From: a virus
Lineage: Duplodnaviria; Caudoviricetes
Reading direction: 5' to 3' (one strand)
DNA: 64,000 bases
IMG/VR virus record: IMGVR_UViG_3300044475_000035
Coordinates: 1 to 64,000 of that record
Below are positions 61,095 to 64,000 of the stretch, piece after piece. Under the pieces are notes generated by a model that saw only the letters and a list, made by a program, of their open reading frames with translations, ran no database searches and was not told the origin of the DNA. Every line of letters begins with the position of its first letter. The stretch's first letter is position 1. A program made the position numbers and the translations under genes.

Positions 61095-61361
61095 TTATTT
61101 CAAAATAATACGTTTACAACGAAACTCTGTAACTGACGACAATCTAAATGATTTGTAACTTTTAGATTCCATATCGAATACACAAAGTAGGTTAGGGTTA
61201 TTACGAACTATTGTACGTTTGTTTGGTTTACGAGATAAGAAACGTTTAATGTTTGTCTTAGCTAATAGTGTACGTTCTGTTCCATCTGCTTTAATGAAAC
61301 GTATAGTCATAGTAGTTGAATGACTAGAGTTAATTGCTTGTCTTAATTGCTCGATGTTCAT
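61095..61361 (-). CDS. WYL_2/DUF2693-like SH3-fold protein
   Basis: IRFIKADGTERTL...VFDMESKSYKSFR motif. Confidence 0.7.
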   Translation of the reverse strand: MNIEQLRQAINSSHSTTMTIRFIKADGTERTLLAKTNIKRFLSRKPNKRTIVRNNPNLLCVFDMESKSYKSFRLSSVTEFRCKRIILK

Positions 61362-61465
61362 GTAAATCTCCTTTAGTTAATACCTAACTAACATTGTGTG
61401 TATAAAACAAATATACGGATACTAAAAAGAGAATGCAAGGGTTTTCAAGCATTCTCTTAAATTAA

Positions 61466-61972
61466 TTATGTACCACTACTGCCGAAACCGCCATCTCCAC
61501 GTTCTGTCTCAGATAATTCTTGTACTTCGACCAAACTCACTCTAGGGTAAGGTAAGATAATTAACTGACCAATACGATCACCAATGTCATAGTCCCCTAT
61601 GTCCGACTCTTGCACCGAAACTCTCCAATGCTTATCGTCTTCTAAACCTTCATAGTTTTCATTAATATCGTATGAAGGTTTTGTTGGTACAAACTTAAAT
61701 GTAACTTCACCCCGATAACCTGAATCAACTACACCTACACTATTGCTTAAACTCAAATCTTTCTTTGAAACACTAGAACGAGGGAATATTAACCCTACAT
61801 ACCCATCAGGAATTTCAAAAGCTAAACCTGTACCGTAGCAAATATTTCCATTTTCATCAAAATACTTTTCTGTAGCTGTTAAATCTAATCCTGCGTCACC
61901 ATATTTTGCATAAGTTGGAATGACAGCATCTTTGTGTAACTTCTTAACCTTTACGTTCAGTGCTTGTAACAT
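61466..61972 (-). CDS. dut: trimeric dUTPase
   Basis: DAGLDL, PRSS, GVVDSGYRGE, DRIGQL, RGDGGFGSSG. Confidence 0.96.
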   Translation of the reverse strand: MLQALNVKVKKLHKDAVIPTYAKYGDAGLDLTATEKYFDENGNICYGTGLAFEIPDGYVGLIFPRSSVSKKDLSLSNSVGVVDSGYRGEVTFKFVPTKPSYDINENYEGLEDDKHWRVSVQESDIGDYDIGDRIGQLIILPYPRVSLVEVQELSETERGDGGFGSSGT

Positions 61973-61988
61973 CTTTGTTTCTCCTTAA

Positions 61989-62448
61989 TTAATAATCGAA
62001 ATCTAGTTTAATAGTAATACCTAAATCTTGTTCAAGCATAATCTTGTAGTGACTCTCAGAGTATTGTTCTTCGTATTTGTACCCAAATAAGTTCGCAATA
62101 TCGTCTAGCAAATCACCAATTAAAGGTGAACAACGTACTACACCATTAATATCACAAGAGAACTTATTGAGTTCATCTTCCCATTCAATTGTAAATTCTG
62201 TTTGCATTCTATTACTCCAAAAAAGTCGAATCAAATCGGAATGTAATCCCTCAATCTTTCTCTAAAACATCCATATATTCCATGTCTGTGTAGATAGTCT
62301 TAGGGTGATATTCATATAACTTAGCTATGTGGTTTAAGATTTGACAAATGTAATCAGCAGATATAACCTTTCGACCTATCGTAACTAATAAAGCATCTGT
62401 AAACTTATCATAACCAATAACGTATTCCGTTTGTGCAGGTTTACCCAC
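61989..62448 (-). other. two small, probably paralogous hypothetical CDS
   Basis: LLDDIANLFGY vs ILNHIAKLYEY; promoter TTGACA...TATAAT at ~62493-62522. Confidence 0.6.
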
Positions 62449-62606
62449 AACAATCTCCTTTGTACAACTAAGTACGTTTATTTGATGAAGTGATTATAGA
62501 ACTTTCTTTAACTACATGTCAATACGATATCGAAGTATTTGTTGAATTATTTGTATTACTTAAATTACAGATAATAAAAAACACCAACCGAAGTCAGTGC
62601 TGTTGT

Positions 62607-64000
62607 TTAGTTACTCAAAACTTCTTCAAGACAAGGGAAATGTTTGAGTAATTCCGACTTAACCTTACGAGCAACATCTACAACTTCTTTCTGAGCAATA
62701 CCTTCATCATCACGAACTTGTACAAAATGAATAAAACTGCGAACAGAACCTTGCATGTACATCTTACTCATTGTTAATCCTTCAGGAAGCAATGTACGAG
62801 CAACTTCTTTTGCAATACCAATATCTAAAGCGTGTTGGTAATTTTTCTCAGCAACTTCAAGAAGCTCTTGCTGCATAACTTTCCAAACATGAGCTGTATC
62901 TTCATCAAAGCATTCCAAACTGTTCTGACGATTTTTAGTGTCTTGTAGTCGGCACTCACGTTTAATAAACTCTGTAGATTGTGCATATCGTTGACTATTG
63001 TGAGTGATAATACCGTTTGCCACATAGTTATGAGAGTCATGATCAATCTCTAAGTCATAAGTTTCTTTTTCACCAACATAAGTGATCGAAACAACCTTAT
63101 GCCAACTTGCAGTTAAGTATCGTTCAGATGACTCTTTTGCTGATTTATTTAAATGCTCTTTACGAGAAAGCAATTGAATGTTGTTTTCATCGTATGCTAA
63201 CTCAGGATATTTAGATACAGGTAAGATGTGATCAATTTCTAAATCATCTTCATTACATACCTCTCCTGAAATAGCACACACAGAACCCAACTTCTTAACT
63301 AAAAAGTTTTTACGTTTGTACCAATAATCTCGCACCTCTTTAGAAAAAGATCGTGGTTTTCCGTTAGTAAAAAAGTTACTATCCTCACCACAACGAGCAG
63401 AGTTTTTCATTTTCAACCGTGTTCCCTCTGAAACAACCTTTCCGAAACGTGGTTGCATCTCAGAATCTAAACCTTTATTCCATATCGTTGTGTACATGGC
63501 AACTTGCTTCTTAGTAAACTGTAAATTATGCTTCTTTAACCATTTACGTATTGTGTGGGTGCTAACGCCTGCCTTATTGGCAATGCCCTCTAACCCTGTA
63601 CCATTCTCAATTGCTTCAAACTTAGCTTCAGCTAACCACTGTTGCATCTGATAAACAGGAACTCCGTTACAGCCTAAAAAGTCTTTTGTCGTTATCTCTG
63701 ACAACATTTTAAAACCATCTTTAGTCAGGAATTTGTGTTCCATTGTAGATTCAATCTTACGACCATTATCCAGCAACAACGCATAAACAGGTTTAACTCC
63801 TGTTTTAAATACCTCTTTAATTGGTGCTGAAATCAAAGTTTTAGTTTTTTCATCAAAAACCCTTACAAGGTTTTCAGACATATTCCAATATTGATCGCTT
63901 GTGAATCGCTTATACAAAGCTTCAATACTTATTTTTTTAACCTTACTACCAACCACTGTTGAGATTTTAGTCCCTTCTGCTACACAGAACTCTTGGAATG
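62607..64000 (-). CDS. thyX: flavin-dependent thymidylate synthase ThyX, intein-interrupted, 5' end outside the window
   Basis: ...FQEF|intein|SQRYA...RLQD.KNRQNS...GIAKEVAR.LLP...GSVRSFIHF..R...AQKE. Confidence 0.92.
   Translation of the reverse strand, partial: FQEFCVAEGTKISTVVGSKVKKISIEALYKRFTSDQYWNMSENLVRVFDEKTKTLISAPIKEVFKTGVKPVYALLLDNGRKIESTMEHKFLTKDGFKMLSEITTKDFLGCNGVPVYQMQQWLAEAKFEAIENGTGLEGIANKAGVSTHTIRKWLKKHNLQFTKKQVAMYTTIWNKGLDSEMQPRFGKVVSEGTRLKMKNSARCGEDSNFFTNGKPRSFSKEVRDYWYKRKNFLVKKLGSVCAISGEVCNEDDLEIDHILPVSKYPELAYDENNIQLLSRKEHLNKSAKESSERYLTASWHKVVSITYVGEKETYDLEIDHDSHNYVANGIITHNSQRYAQSTEFIKRECRLQDTKNRQNSLECFDEDTAHVWKVMQQELLEVAEKNYQHALDIGIAKEVARTLLPEGLTMSKMYMQGSVRSFIHFVQVRDDEGIAQKEVVDVARKVKSELLKHFPCLEEVLSN
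62997..63986 (-). mobile_element. 330-aa intein carrying an HNH endonuclease
   Basis: Starts CVAEGTKI; block B STMEHKFLT; block F/G TYDLEI..HNYVANGIITHN/S; internal HTH, NUMOD3-like and EIDHILP..N.QLL...H motifs. Confidence 0.92.

Noticed and set aside
1-64000. Prophage or lysogeny module
   Set aside because: No integrase, repressor, att-like site or host genes in the window

Overview
64 kb of an AT-rich lytic siphovirus genome. The host is probably Acinetobacter (inferred from the N-terminus of the 958-aa spike-like protein and the fibre C-termini). There are four alternating transcription blocks. (+) 1-10.6 kb: RNR beta/alpha, glutaredoxin, an HNH, small early genes and an SF2-helicase-like protein. 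(-) 10.6-41 kb: lysis genes, tail fibres, tape measure, a frameshifting tail chaperone, tail tube, head genes, terminase, a second fibre/spike cluster, and a ~2 kb leader packed with structured non-coding elements and a degenerate tRNA. (+) 41.8-52 kb: HNHs, PhoH, ClpP-like protease, dCMP deaminase and many small genes. (-) 52-64 kb: a second SF2-helicase-like paralog, a long AT-rich non-coding tract, small early genes, dUTPase and an intein-interrupted ThyX. The most unusual signals are: (i) a tandem array of stem-closed structured RNAs with C-rich or anti-Shine-Dalgarno segments at the start of the late operon (38.9-41.0 kb); (ii) two inverted helicase-like paralogs with CACCAA(A)ACA boxes nearby; (iii) fibre modules that may chain together via DGG motifs and Mtd_N-like domains; and (iv) cassettes flanked by duplicated gene-terminator units. 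All calls come from reading the sequence by eye; no searches or folding programs were run.
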